Assembly (NCBI GenBank): GCA_964016885.1
Contig: OZ024741.1
Location: 276,024,001 to 276,088,000 of the forward strand
Source of the DNA: Eledone cirrhosa
Taxonomy: Eukaryota
Length of the DNA stretch: 64,000 bases
Direction of reading: 5' to 3'
The translations under genes and the position numbers were made by a program. How positions within the stretch are numbered: the first letter of the stretch is position 1; the number at the start of each line of letters is the position of its first letter. The notes under the pieces are model-generated. The model was not told the origin of the DNA and searched no databases. It saw only the letters and a list, made by a program, of their open reading frames with translations. Below, piece after piece: positions 41,225-54,861 of the stretch.

Positions 41225-41730
41225 ATACAAAGTAAAAACCTACTACAGTCAGTAGGCACCTCTATCAAAACACACCCCCGTCCCACCACCTCCACCCCAC
41301 CCACACCGCCCCTTTCAATGTAAAGTTATGTTGGTCCCACAACATCCAGGCCGAAACAAATGAGATCGTGTAGGTGTCACGACAAAAAACACACAGTCCA
41401 CGCTGTAAATGTGGCCGAGTAGGCAACACGGTAAAAACCTCCCAGCCCCACACTGTAAATGTGGTTGGTGTTAGGAAGGGCATCCAGCTGTAGAAAACCC
41501 GCCAGACAGTCCACGCTGTAATGTGGCCGTGTAGGCAACACGGTAAAAACCTCCCAGCCCCACACTGTAAATGTGGTTGGTGTTAGGAAGGGCATCCAAC
41601 TGTAGAAAACCCGCCAGACAGTCCTATGCGAGCAAGACAACCACTCTTGCCTCAAGTGGGAAAACCCCCGTCCAAACCCATGCAAGCGTGGAACACGGAC
41701 GCTAAACCTGATGATGATGATGATGATGAT
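41225..41730 (+). mobile_element. 3' UTR of RTE family A with internal 113-bp tandem duplication and (GAT)n tail
   Basis: cagtccacgctgta at 41394 and 41507; tail 41710-41730. Confidence 0.9.
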
Positions 41731-43593
41731 ATATATAATAAAATATAGAGAAAAATACTGCAGGTAGCACATGGATAACATGTAATAAAATGAGTCCCTC
41801 ATCAGTGATTTGCCGAAGATCATAGATATTTCATTGCATTAAAAATCATATATCTCATGTCGGTGCAATAATAACCAAAATAAGTTATTAGGACAATTAA
41901 AACGCGTAAAGCGAGTGAGACAGGAGAACAACAGAGTAAAGCTAACCAGGGGAAAGAAACAAGCTTCAAAAATTATTCTGTTTAGCATAAGCTAGGTGAA
42001 TATATGAGCGCTTAGAGAATAGATCCGACACGAGCGAAGGCTATGAGCAGAGAGAGAAAAATAGCGTTCGTGGTGTGCAGGATGAAATGAAGAGAAGAGA
42101 GAGAAAAACAGTGAGTGAGTGAAAGTGTGAGGAAGAGTTAACGGACAGGACAGAGGGGGAGAAACAGAGAGAATGGGGGAACAATATATATCATCATCAT
42201 TATCATCATCACCATTTAATATTTAATTTCAATGTTCTCATGAGTCTGAGAGACAGTCACATATTGTGACTAGACAATATCTTGCTCATATGTACTATTT
42301 TTCACTTGGTTTCTAATGCAACCCATGTTAAAGTGTGTACTGGGATCCTGATTCCAGCACTACCACCTTACTGGGTGGACTACATGCTTTTTGTAGTGGA
42401 TCGAACACTACCACTTTGCAGGATGGATTGGGTGCCTTTTGAGGTCACACTAGCACTACCACTTTACAAGGTGGATTGGGTATTTTTTTGTAGTGGCACC
42501 AGCACTAACATTTTACAGAATGGACTGGGTGCATTTTTGTGGTGGCACACACCAACACTGAGGAGGCTTTGATGGGAAGAGAGGGTTTCATACTACTGTG
42601 AAAGAGAAAGTGTTGAGTCATAGAGGTGGTCAAGAAGAGAGTGAGTTGCTTCTGGTTGTATAATGTGACATACAAGACTTTTCATGCTGGCATGGGTTGA
42701 ACAAGGAACCAAGATGTAGGTGGGAATAGGGAGAACATCTTTTTTTTTCAAGCTGTCCTGAACCACTATTTTTACTTGCAGCATTTAAAATGTAATATAT
42801 ATTTTGAAAGTTCAGTAGGTAAGTCATGATGCCCCATCAGCCCACAGCTCCCCGCCTCATAACTATCCACTGCATGCACTGGTATGGATATGTCTTCCGC
42901 TTTCCACCAGATCATCCTACCAAGGCCTTACTCACATTCAGCGCAGCAGCTGCAGACTGGATGAGGCCCTATGGCAGGCCCCATACCAAATGACTGGATG
43001 TCATCAAGGAAGATCAACATCACCTTGGAGGATGTAGAGGAGCTGGCATGGGACCATCAGTGATGAAGGGCACTGGTTGACCTAGTCGGCTCTCTTCACA
43101 ATAATGCTTTGAGATTGCTGGCTTAGGATGACCCTGGCCTCGTCGAGTAAGAACAAGAACAAGAAGTGTAGTAGGTAAGTAGCATGCTAGTGTTTGGGTT
43201 TTTTTTGGCGGGGGTGGGGTCATGTACTTACTTGTTTGGCACTGTTTGGAACAGCTAAAGCTTTCTTTGGTGTGGCCTGCTGAAATATATTGTAGAAGCT
43301 TTTTTTTTATAAAACATGTCTTTACAATGGATGTATCTCTCTCAATGACATTACTGAAAAAAATACGAGTCATTAACTCTCTATATATTGAATTGCCTGA
43401 AACTGCCTCTAACATCTCTTTACAATGTGTGTATCTTTCTTAATGATATTACTAAAATATATATCTTAACAATTTAGCTATACTCTCATCCATTATAAGT
43501 TACAACAGAGTAAAGTATACTTTGTACCTGGTTGCTCCAGGCATGTCTAAATTTTTATACAAACAAAATAATTTAATCTGGATGCCTATTTAC

Positions 43594-43644
43594 CTTGGTT
43601 CTATTCCTTGCAGGTGGCAGAGGTGGTACCCCAGAAGGAAGGGG
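43594..43644 (-). CDS. micro-exon of minus-strand host gene (PLPSGVPPLPPARNRTK)
   Basis: atttttatcatttcag acceptor, AAG|gtaaat donor, 51 bp phase 0-0. Confidence 0.7.
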
Positions 43645-43704
43645 CTGAAATGATAAAAATGAAGTTCAGAAAATATTTAGGAATATATCATATGGTGTAA
43701 TATG

Positions 43705-44490
43705 TGTAGTAACAGGGTTGCGTCCATATAACTGTTAAAATGTATTCTTTGCAGGATGAATGATAAAAAGAATGATGAGGAATTGTGATGTTGTTGACAA
43801 TGTTTATTTTGTAATAATAAAATTCACTCATTGGGTACATCGAATACTGAGTAATAAAAACGTGATACAATTATCTCTACATTAGTTGTTTTACTAGCTA
43901 CTTCGAGCTAGCATAAATGCATGTATCAAAGAAAACGATACAGTAGAAGTTGTGTATTGTACTTTACAGTAGTAAAGAAAGACAGGAAGTCAAAAGGATA
44001 GACAAAGTGTATAAGCGACAATAGAAGTAAACCTACAGTGTGTGTGTGTTAATCCCTAGCAAACGTGGTTTCACTAGTAGCGGTCAGTCCATCTCTCTAA
44101 TTCACTGTCTGTCTGTCGAGCGAGTAAGAAATGTGAGAGAATAGTAGCTAGAAGACTGTATTCATGAAGAGAATCCATAGTGTTAGTAGAACGGTTCTTC
44201 TGTTATCTGTGTTAGCCACTATCTCTAAATCGTCTCTCGAAGCGCTTGTATTTATAAGAATACTATAGCTAGAAGAATGTATATATAGTTTTTGAGACAA
44301 TAGCCAAGCCATCTGCCTATCGTCTGTCAAGTGTCTGGGGTCACAGTTCAAATGGTATATAACATTTATCATAATTGTCTTTTGACAGGACAATGGTAAG
44401 AACACCTAACAATAGGTGGTTTTAGAGACGAGAATCTTTAGATTCGATTTTGAATCTCCGCCAGACAAAACATAGAAGAATTCAGTTACA
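43705..44490. mobile_element. probable solo LTR
   Basis: Begins TGTAG, ends TTACA, flanked by 4-bp TATG duplication (43701-43704, 44491-44494); no internal coding domain. Confidence 0.55.
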
Positions 44491-45532
44491 TATGGTGTAA
44501 TATGGAATATTAAGTGGAACATATGGCCTAGTGCTAAGGGTGTTGGATTTGCGATGATAATGTTGTGGGCTCAATTTCTGGGCTGGATTATGTGTTGTGT
44601 TCTTGAGGCTGAGGTACTGGCATTTCATTGCTGGAGAGAAGGGGGGAGTCATTGTGGTTCCTGGCTTCCCTTGATGGCCTAGAGGAGGGGAAGGGCATTT
44701 ATATACTGCTTAGGTGGGTGGTGTCTATTATTCTGTATATCTAACAATTGTTTGTTGTTGTTTTTTTTAATATTAAACTGAATTCACAGCCACCCTCAAA
44801 TATGAAAGTGTCTCCCATGTTTGTACTATATCCTCCTCACAAATTTGTAGCCCTGTGCTAAATAAAGGCCCTTGAAAGCCAGGGGGAGGAGGTGATGTTA
44901 AACTGAATAGCAGAGTAAGTCTACTATAGTGGGGTTTGAACTCAGGATGCAAAGAACCAGAACAAAATACTGCAAACTATTTTATCTAACACACTAACAA
45001 GCCTGCCAATCCCTATGAAGAAGTACTTTATTTTAACAACCCTAAAGAATGAAAGTCAGGAAGGATTTGAACTACACTAAAACAAATACTCTGCCAGTTC
45101 CCACCTGTGGAATTAATCCTTTCATTACCACGTTTCTAATGGAATATACTTTATTTTAGTTAGTTATTGAAGAATTACTAAAATTATTCATTATTTCATT
45201 ATTAAGATAGTAACTTCATATAAGGTTCTTATACAAAATTATGTTGGAAGATTTTATTTTAAATTGGAAGCCTTTAAAATGGATGGTTTTATTTCATAGC
45301 ACCAGAGCTGGTTTTGGCTGGGGTGGGTAGCTAAAGTGTCAGTCTGAGTATTCCGCAGGTACCTTGAACTCCCCTTCACTACCACATTTCTAATGAAAGA
45401 TACTGCCTAGAGTTTTTCAATAATTTGGAGAATAACCAAGTATTTGGGGGGATTTAATAAAGAAACAGTTTTGTTTTTTTTTATTATTAAACAGGTTTGA
45501 AGAAGAAGAAGAAGAAGAAGAAGAAGAAGAAG

Positions 45533-45563
<31 letters not shown>

Positions 45564-45683
45564 GGGAGGTACAATACTTACAATGGGCTCATATATCTAC
45601 AAACAAATTAAAATTTTGAAATAATTAAAAATTTTAAATTATTAAACAAAAATACAATAAACAAAATTTTTTTAAATGGTATC

Positions 45684-46096
45684 TTAACCCTTCTATGACT
45701 GCATTTCTATTTTGATTAATAAATGAACAATTTCGAGGGATTTACTAAAATTATTAATTATTTCATTACCAAGATAGTAACTTTATGTAAGGTTCTTATA
45801 TAAAATTATGTTGGAAGATTTTAATTTAAATTGGAAAACTTTAACCCTTTAGCATTTACATTTACTACTGTATTTTTGTGGTAAAAACGTTATCTCACAT
45901 AATATAGAAGCTATGAGATTTTCATGTTATTTATTTTGAGAATAATACCTTAACATTGGTATGAGCAGCCAATTATGGCTGGTTTGAACAGAAAGAAGTA
46001 AGAGAATTATGGCCAGATACAGCCGGTTTAAATGCTAAGTGGTTTTATTACATAGAACCAGACCCAGTTTTGGCTGGGTTGGTAACTAAAGGGTTA
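45684..46096. mobile_element. TTAA-flanked MITE with a second TTAA MITE (45841-46045) nested inside
   Basis: TTAA-CCCTT ... AAAGGG-TTAA outer ends; related uninterrupted copies at 45114-45340 and 53660-53899. Confidence 0.65.
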
Positions 46097-46588
46097 AGAA
46101 CAACAAAAACTATACAGCTCTGAACTAGTTTCTTCTATAAACCTTTTGATGAAGGGATGCTATTCTGAAATATAAAGGGCCTATAAAGAACTGCAAGGTA
46201 ACATTCCAACATTGATGTTACAATAATATTTTTAACATTTACTGTCCTTTCAAACAACACACTATTTTCTAATAAGAAAAACAAATTATTGCAACAGGTG
46301 ACAAAATACAGCTGTGCAGTTTTAAGAAAGGTAAAAACAGCAATAAGGTAATTATAGGACCCCTTTAGTGATGGCTAACCACAGGATAAGGCAAGGTTTT
46401 ATTTTAAGAAAGATTAACAGTTGGCTATAATATACATGCAAGTCTCCCGTCTTCATAGCACTGATGTTGTCCAAGGGAAAGACCGATATAGCTTAAAACC
46501 AGCGACACAATAATATATACAAATATACTCTTTATATATACACTATATATGCACTATATATATACACTATATATGCACTATATATACA

Positions 46589-48783
46589 CAGCATGTTTTA
46601 CAACGTGGGGACCAGAAACAGGAGGTATTCAAGATTGCGAGGCAGTGTGTCAGAGATAGTTGTGATGTCATTGGAGAGAAGTGTATCCGGAATGATAAAG
46701 GTGAGCTTGCCTTCACAAGTGCTGAGAAGAAAGATGCATGGAAGAGTCATTATGATAGATTACTAAATGAGGAGAATGCATGGGAAGAAGAGACCCTACC
46801 CCAAGTAGACCCTATAGAGGGACCAGCAGTACAAGTCAGCAGCAGCGTAGTAAGTAAGGCAATCAAAGATATGAAGATGGGGAAGGCAACCGGTCCATCG
46901 GGTATAGCTGCCGAGATGCTGAAGGCATCTGGGTCTGTAGGTCACACTATAACCACACATATCGTTAACCAGGTAATACTAGAAGGGGCCATACCAAAAG
47001 ATTGGTGCAGTAGCATCATTGTCAACTGCTACAAAGGTAAAGGCGATGCACTAGATAGAGGAAACTATAGAGGTATAAAGTTGATGGACCAGGTCATGAA
47101 AGTAACAGAAAGAGTTATAGCACAGCTGATTAGGGACCGGGTGAAAATAGACGAGATGCAATTTGGGTTTGTACCAGGAAGAGGCACCACTGATGCCCTC
47201 TTCCTTGTGAGGCAATTACAGGAAAAGTACCTAGCTAAAAGTAAGCCACTCTACTTGGCATTTGTCGACCTTGAGAAAGCCTTTGACAGAGTTCCACATG
47301 TTGTAATCTGGTGGGCTCTTAGAAAACTAGGAGTAGATGAATGGCTTGTGAAAGCGGTACAAGCCATGTATAGGGGAGCAGTCAGCAAAGTTAGGATTAG
47401 CAATGAGTATAGCGAGGAATTTAGCATACAGGTTGGGGTCCACCAGGGCTCTGTTCTTAGCCCTCTCCTGTTCATCATAGTCCTGCAGGCAATAACGGAG
47501 GAGTTTAAGACTGGATGCCCATGGGAACTCCTGTATGCTGATGACCTCGCACTCATAGCTGAATCTATGGTAGAACTAGAGAATAAATTCCAAACCTGGA
47601 AGCAGGGACTAGAAAGAAAGGGTCTCAAAGTCAACATGACAAAGACTAAGGTCCTTGTAAGTAGACGAGAAAACAGAACCCAGATCCCGTCAGGGAAATG
47701 GCCTTGCTCAGTATGTAGGAAAGGTGTAGGTAGGAACTCCATTCTCTGCCCCAAATGCAAACAATGGGTACACAAGAGATGTAGCGGGATCTCAGGAAGC
47801 TTAATTAAGAATGTAGGATTCACATGCAGCAGCTGTGCTGAAACAGCAAGCAGCAAACAGCCACAGGAAACAAGTACCACCAATCTCTGGGAGGGCCCTG
47901 TAGAAACAGTAGACAGCTTCTGCTACCTAGGTGACCGAATTAGCAACGGAGGTGGGTGTTCAGAAAGTACAATAACTAGGGTAAGAACGGGATGGAAGAA
48001 GTTTAGGGAACTACTACCACTGCTAGCTGCAAATGGCTTCTCCCTCAGAATGAAAGGCAGACTGTATGATGCGTGTATCCGAACAGCGATGTTGCATGGT
48101 AGTGAGACCTGGGTGCTGAAGGTGGAAGACTTACGTAGATTAGAGAGAAACGAAGCCTGCATGCTCCGATGGATGTGTAACAGTAATATACGTGAACGAC
48201 AAAGCATAAATGAATTGAGAGAGAGACTGAGCATAAGAGGAATCAAATGCTGTATGCAGGAGAGGCGGTTGCGCTGGTATGGACATGTGATGCGTATGAA
48301 GGATGACAGCTGCATAAAAAGGTGCAGAGCACTAGAAGTTGATGGAAACCGCGGAGTGGGGAGACCCAAGATGACCTGGGATGAGGTGATAAAAGCCGAC
48401 CTTACCCAATTACACCTCTCAAAGACAATGACACACGACCGTGACTTCTGGCGTCACGCAGTAATACAGAGTACCCGACTCCCATGGGTACATGCTGAAG
48501 CATATAAACAATATGCCCCCACACCCCCCACCGCAAGGTGGTCGTGGAGGTGCCACGGCAAAAAAGCACCCAGCCCACACTGTAAAGTGGATGTGTAGGC
48601 GCCACGAAAAAGCACCCAGCACTCACTGTAAATGAGGTTGGTGTTAGAAATCAAGCCAGATCAGTTCCTGTATGAGCAAGGCATGGTCAGCCGACCAGAC
48701 ACTGCACACAACAGGACAACCAGTCTAACCCATGCTAGCGTGGAAGAACGGACGTAAAACGGTGATGATGATGATGATGATGA
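46589..48783 (+). mobile_element. 5'-truncated RTE LINE family B with open RT ORF (46871-48598, frame open further upstream)
   Basis: DLEKAFD, HQGSVLSP, YADD, PHD-like insert; (GAT)n tail; tacactatatatgcactatatat on both flanks (possible TSD). Confidence 0.95.
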
Positions 48784-48965
48784 TACACTATATATGCACT
48801 ATATATTCACTATATGTACTCTATATACACACTATATATGCACTATATACACGCTATATATACTCTGTATATACACTATATATACTCTATATATACACTA
48901 TATATATACACTATATATACACTATATATACTCTACATATACTCTATATATACACTATATATGCA

Positions 48966-49227
48966 CAGGGCCGGATTTAGATTTGATGAGGCCCTAAGCT
49001 ATTTGAGATAATGGGGCCCTTTATATGTTATAAAAAATATAATAAAAACTGCAAAACGTTCAATATTAAAGCAGAAAACTGTTTAAAACTATTGCATTAT
49101 TTTAGTTCTTTTTTATCTAATATTTTGGAAATGTACACACCGTTTTTTTTCAATTTTTACGGGGCCCCAAGAAAGTGGGGGCCCTAAGCTATAGCTTGTT
49201 TAGGCCACTCTTGTAAATCCCACTCTG
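48966..49227. mobile_element. hAT-type MITE
   Basis: CAGGGCCGGATTTA ... TAAATCCCACTCTG imperfect TIRs with 8-bp TSD TATATGCA (48958-48965, 49228-49235). Confidence 0.8.
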
Positions 49228-49842
49228 TATATGCACTATATACACACTATATATACTCTGTTTATACACTATATATACACTATATTTGATGTTGTCCAAG
49301 AGAAAAGCAAAGACCAATATAGCTTGGCATCAGTGATGTGATAATATATACAATATATACAATATATACTCTATATACATTATATATACACTATATACAC
49401 TCTATATATACACTATATATGATGTTGTCCAAGTGAAAGGCAAAGACTGATGAAGCTTAGTACCAGTGATATCACAGATACACACACAAAGGATTGAAAG
49501 TGATACCACAAAGTATCACCTCATCTCCACCACATTACCAAGCCACCATCTTGGATTTGTAGTTTATGTATCAACAAAAAAAGCATAAAAGGCAAAATTG
49601 AACCAGGACCAATATGAAGAATCCTTTTAACCCAACACCCAAATGACTCTGCCAAGTCACTGCCCTAATATGGCAATAAGTGAGAGGTTAATAGGAGAAT
49701 TGAGAATTTTTTCCCAGAAAGAAAGAAACAGAGAGAGAAAAATATATATATATATATTTGGAAGCTATTTAAATATAACTTATTCTTATGTGAGTAATGT
49801 TTTCTATTTAACACCTTAAATTGTATTTGTTTCTAGATGTAT

Positions 49843-50381
49843 ATCATCATCATCATCGTTTAACGTCCATCTTCCACGCTTGCATGGGTTTGGACGGGAA
49901 TTTTCCCACTTGAAGCAAGATTGGTTGTCTTGCTCGCATAGGACTGTCTGGCAGGTTTTCTACGGCTGGATGCCCTTCCTAACACCAACCACGTTTACAG
50001 TGTGGACTGGGAGGTTTTTACTGTGTTACCTACACGGCCTCATTACAGCGTGGACTGTGTGTTTTTTTGTCGTGACACCTACACGACCTCATTTATTTCG
50101 GACTAGATGTTGTGGTACCAACATAGCTTTACATCGAAAGGGGTGGTGTGGGTGGGATGGGGGTAGTGGGACGGGGGTGTATTTTTTAAGAGGTGCCTAC
50201 TGACTGTAGGTTTCGCTTTGTACTTAGGCAAGGCGGGTCTTCTGTATTACTGTGTAGCGCCAAAGATCTCGGTCCAGTGACATTGTCTTGGAGAGGTGTA
50301 AGTGTGTGAGGTCGGAATTTATCAAGTCATCCCAGGTTTTTCTGGGTCTGCCTACTCCATGGCTACCATCTATTTTTATCG
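49843..50381 (-). mobile_element. RTE family A 3' end
   Basis: Reverse complement of 41070-41730-like sequence, (CAT)n tail. Confidence 0.9.
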
Positions 50382-50864
50382 TATATATTTATTAAAGCCT
50401 GGTTAGTTTTTCAATTGATATATTCCTATATACTGTTTAAAATTATTTTATATTTTATATATGTGTATATATAAATCAGGATAGAACCAGTTTGAAACTA
50501 GTTAGACTATTACTAAACAGAGTTCTCAATACTTGGGATAGTAGAATATGTCTGTATGTCTCTATTATAAAGAGTTGGGTCCCGAACCTTTATAATATGT
50601 TTATATATATATATATATTGTGTCAGGTCGCTCATGTAATATAGTACAACCTATTGTATGGTCGGGTCATCAGCGACTAAACCAGCAACCCCACCGAGCT
50701 TGCTTGGTGAGGAGGGTGGTATTTGGACACCCTGCGGGATGAAAAACAAAACTCAACAAAGGTCAGAGGAACTCAATAGAATCAACGGCCATCTAAATAC
50801 TGTGTACATGTATGAGTACTCTATTTGTATATACTTATGTATATGCATTTTTTTTTTTAGGTAG

Positions 50865-51138
50865 AGACCTCAAACACTTCTTCCAACTGATCCAGCTGGA
50901 TCCCCAAGCGAGACCAGGCAAGCTGGATGTTATCCAACCATCTTGCTTGGGGTCTACCCCTGGGTCTCCTGCCAGTTCTTTTCTTTCCTGAGACATTCTA
51001 ACCACATGCCCATAGTATCGGAGTTGTGATCTCTCAATTTGGAGAAGTACCTGTTCTACCAGGAGTGACTCTCTGATCTCCAAGCTATGCACTCTATCAA
51101 GTAATGTTACTCCAAAGACCCTTCAGAGGTACCTCATT
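50865..51138 (-). mobile_element. RTE-like family C 3' fragment
   Basis: QIERSQLRYYGHVVRMSQE. Confidence 0.75.
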
Positions 51139-51261
51139 ACAAACAAGACACTCTTAAAAAGTATAAAACAGCACTATCATAGCATCACATTAAATATTTA
51201 AGTCTTTACTCTAATACTGCAAATTCTCACAACAATCTGTCCACTAGTAAAGATACTTCAA

Positions 51262-51570
51262 AGACCCCTTTCGGTCACCATAAGATCTGCACCTAGAAAG
51301 TTCCCTCTCTGAGGCACAAGTCTAGGCAAGGTGATTTTGTAAGGACCAACAGTCGTTCATGCATACCAGTCTCCCCTCTGCATACCACATATAGTGTCCA
51401 AGAGAAAGGCAATGGCTGATACAGCTTGGCACCAGTGTCATTGCAACTCATTTCTACAGCTAAGTGAACTGGAGCAACATGAAATAAAGTGTCTTGTTCA
51501 AGGACACAATGCACTGCCCAGCCAGGGAATCAAACTCACAATATCACAATTGTAAACTTAATGCTTTAAT
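51262..51570 (-). mobile_element. tRNA-derived SINE
   Basis: Reverse complement of the 29876/57605 SINE body. Confidence 0.75.
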
Positions 51571-52046
51571 TGTTATGTTTTCTAAACAATTGAAATGAGA
51601 ACACAAAAAGATGTGAAAGTGAACATATATTGAAGTAATGACCTTTTGAAGGTGTATTTATATACAATTGAAACATTAGAATGTTCTGGAACGTTCATGT
51701 CTCACATACTCTGATTGGACAATAGTAGATTCGTCCATTCAGTGATACTTGTTGTCCTAGTTTTAACCAATCCATTTAGCATGCCAAATATTCACACATC
51801 TGCTTCCACCACCCCATCCAGGTGGATTATTTTACATTCGTAGAAAAGCAATGTCTTAGTCTTCCTTGAAAATTTGAAGGTCATGATTTCAATTCTCACC
51901 TGTGGATCTTCCTAATACTAACCACTAAGACAAATGACTTACTAAGACAAATGACTTACTAAGACAAATGACTTACTAAGAACATTCCAATTAAGGAATC
52001 TGTTTTAAAATATTTTCTGCTAAATCTTTACAGCAGGATGTCAAGT

Positions 52047-53022
52047 AGTATGAGGTACATTAGAGAGGTGAGTATGAGGTACATTAGAGGTGAGTATGAG
52101 GTACATTAGAGGTGAGTATGAGGTACATTAGAGGTGAGTATGAGGTACATTAGAGGTGAGTATGAGGTACATTAGAGAGGTGAGTATGAGGTACATTAGA
52201 GGTGAGTATGAGGTACATTAGAGGTGAGTATGAGGTACATTAGAGGTGAGTATGAGGTACATTAGAGAGGTGAGTATGAGGTACATTAGAGGTGAGTATG
52301 AGGTACATTAGAGGTGAGTATGAGGTACATTAGAGGTGAGTATGAGGTACATTAGAGAGGTGAGTATGAGGTACATTAGAGGTGAGTATGAGGTATGTTA
52401 GAGGTGAGTATGAAGTATGCTAGAGAGGTGAGTATGAGGTATGTTAGAGAGGTGAGTATAAAGTATGTTAGAGAGGTGAGTATGAGGTATGTTAGAGGTG
52501 AGTATGAGGTGCATAAGAGAGGTGAGTATGAGGTACAATAGAGGTATGAGGTAAGTAGAGAGGTGAGTATGAGGTATGTTAGAGAGGTGAGTATGAGGTA
52601 CATGAGAGGTGAGTATGAGGTATGTTAGGTGAGTATGAAGTATGTTAGAGAGGTGAGCATGAGGTAAATTAGAGAGGTGATTATGAGTTACATTAGGTGA
52701 GTATGAGGTACGTTAGAGGTAAGTATGAGGTACATTAGAGGTGAGTATGAGGTACGTAGAGAGGTTAGTATGAGGTATATGAGAGAGGTGAGTATGGGGT
52801 AAGTTAGAGAGGTGAGTGTGCGGTGCGTTAGAGGTGAGTATGAGGTACGTTAGAAGTGAGTATGGGGTACGTTAGAGAGGTGAGTATGAGGTGCGTTAGA
52901 GAGGTGAGTATGGGGTACGTTAGAGGTGAGTATGAGGTACGTTAGAAGTGTGTGTGGGGTACGTTAGAGAGATGAGTATAAGGTGCGTTAGAGAGGTGAG
53001 TATGAGGTACGTTAGAGAGGTA
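52047..53022. repeat. 21/23-bp minisatellite (GAGGTGAGTATGAGGTACATTA[GA])
   Basis: Direct reading; homogeneous 5' half, diverged 3' half. Confidence 0.95.
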
Positions 53023-53082
53023 GAACTAATGTCAAACAGGAAGTGTATAAAAAGATAAAACAATAAAAATCTATTAGGTTAC

Positions 53083-53118
53083 CTCATCAGACTCGTCATA
53101 TTCAAAAGTATCATATAT
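53083..53118 (-). CDS. micro-exon of minus-strand host gene (IYDTFEYDESDE)
   Basis: tttttattcattttcag acceptor, GAG|gtaacc donor, 36 bp phase 0-0. Confidence 0.7.
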
Positions 53119-54861
53119 CTGAAAATGAATAAAAATATATATATTAACAACAATAACAGCAACAAAAGCTATGACAAGCTGCAATCCAACAGCAAAGGGA
53201 ACCTCTTCATAGTTACATAACCTGCTAGAAATAACAACTAAAACTCCCTAAAACCACACACTGTCATATTATCATATTGAAAGTGAAAGCAAATGGTTTT
53301 GCAGCTAAGGTATTTGGCTCAAGACCGTAAGGTCATGAGTTCAATTCTCAATGACACACATTGTCCTTCAGCAAAACACTGTATTTTACATTGCTGGCAA
53401 AAAGGAATTGTACCTGTAATTCAAAGGGCCAGCCTTGTCACATGCTGTGCCACACTGAATCTCCATGAGAACTACATTATGAGTATGTGTGTTTGTGGAA
53501 TGCTCAGCCACTTACAAGTTAATTTTACAAGCAGGCCGTTCCATTGATCGGATCAACTGGAACACTCGTCCAACATACCATGCAGTAGGATTGAATCCAA
53601 AACCACATGATTATGAAGTAAACTCCTTAACCACACAGCCATGCCTGCACCTCGTGCATTAACCCTTCAGCTACCAACCTCTGCCAAAACTGGCTCTGCT
53701 GCTGTGAAATAAAACCACCCATTTTAAAGGTTTCCAATTTAAATTCAAATCTTTCAATATAATTTTATATAAGAACTTTACATTAAGTTACTATCTTAGT
53801 AATAAATAATTGACAAGTTTAATAAATCCTTTGAAATCCTTCATTAATTAATTAAAATAAAGTGTATTTCGTTAGAAATGTGGTGATGAAAGGATTAAAT
53901 TTCACTATTAGAAATTGCTTGACAATAACATTGGGTGCTTCATATGTGTAACACACATCAGGTATTGTGTGTAACACACATTTGTACAATATATGTAAGA
54001 CACATCAGGTACTTTATAAGTAACATAGATCAGGTACAATATGTGTAACACATGTCAGATACAATATGTGTAACATACGTCAGGTGTTGTGTGTAACACC
54101 CATTGTGTAATATATGCATAATACACATCAGGTGTTGTGCGTAACACCAATTGGGTACAATATATGTAACACACATCAAGTGTTCAGTGTAACACACATT
54201 AGGTGTCGTGTGTAACACACATTAGGTGTTGTGTTGAACCCACTTCTGTTCTGGCAATCAATGTCCCAATTGCTTGTCCAATGGAACAGCCTACATGTGA
54301 AATTATGTGCAAGTGGCTGAGCATTCCACAGTACCTTCAACAGAATTCTCAGGGAGATTCACCATGATACAATGTGTGACAAGGCTGGCACTTTGAATCA
54401 CTGATATAACTCATGTTTGCCAGCTGAGTGAGTTGGATGAAGATGAAATAAAGTGTCTTTCTCAAGGACACAATGCTCTGCCAAGAAATAATACTTAACC
54501 CCTTAACCCCTTAAACCATGAGCCTTCACACATAAGGTAGATTATTTAGGGATCAACTAGGCCTACATTAACCATAACATATATATTATGTAACAGCTCT
54601 TATTGCCTGATGTTAGTTAAGTTAAAGTCTGTTCTAACCTGAAGTTCTCATCAGGCCAGTGCTTATCCCCAGTTCCCTTGGTGTTAAGCAACTGAGAGTA
54701 CAAGACTCTCCCTGGATAGGACACCAGTCTATTGCAGGATTAACTTCCCAGCTACTGCTGGTACTCACCCTCAGTGTGTATACTGGAGCAACATGAAATA
54801 AAGTGTTTTTGCTCAACATTTCGATTGTATGGCAAATATCCTAACAATTAGGCCATAGCAA

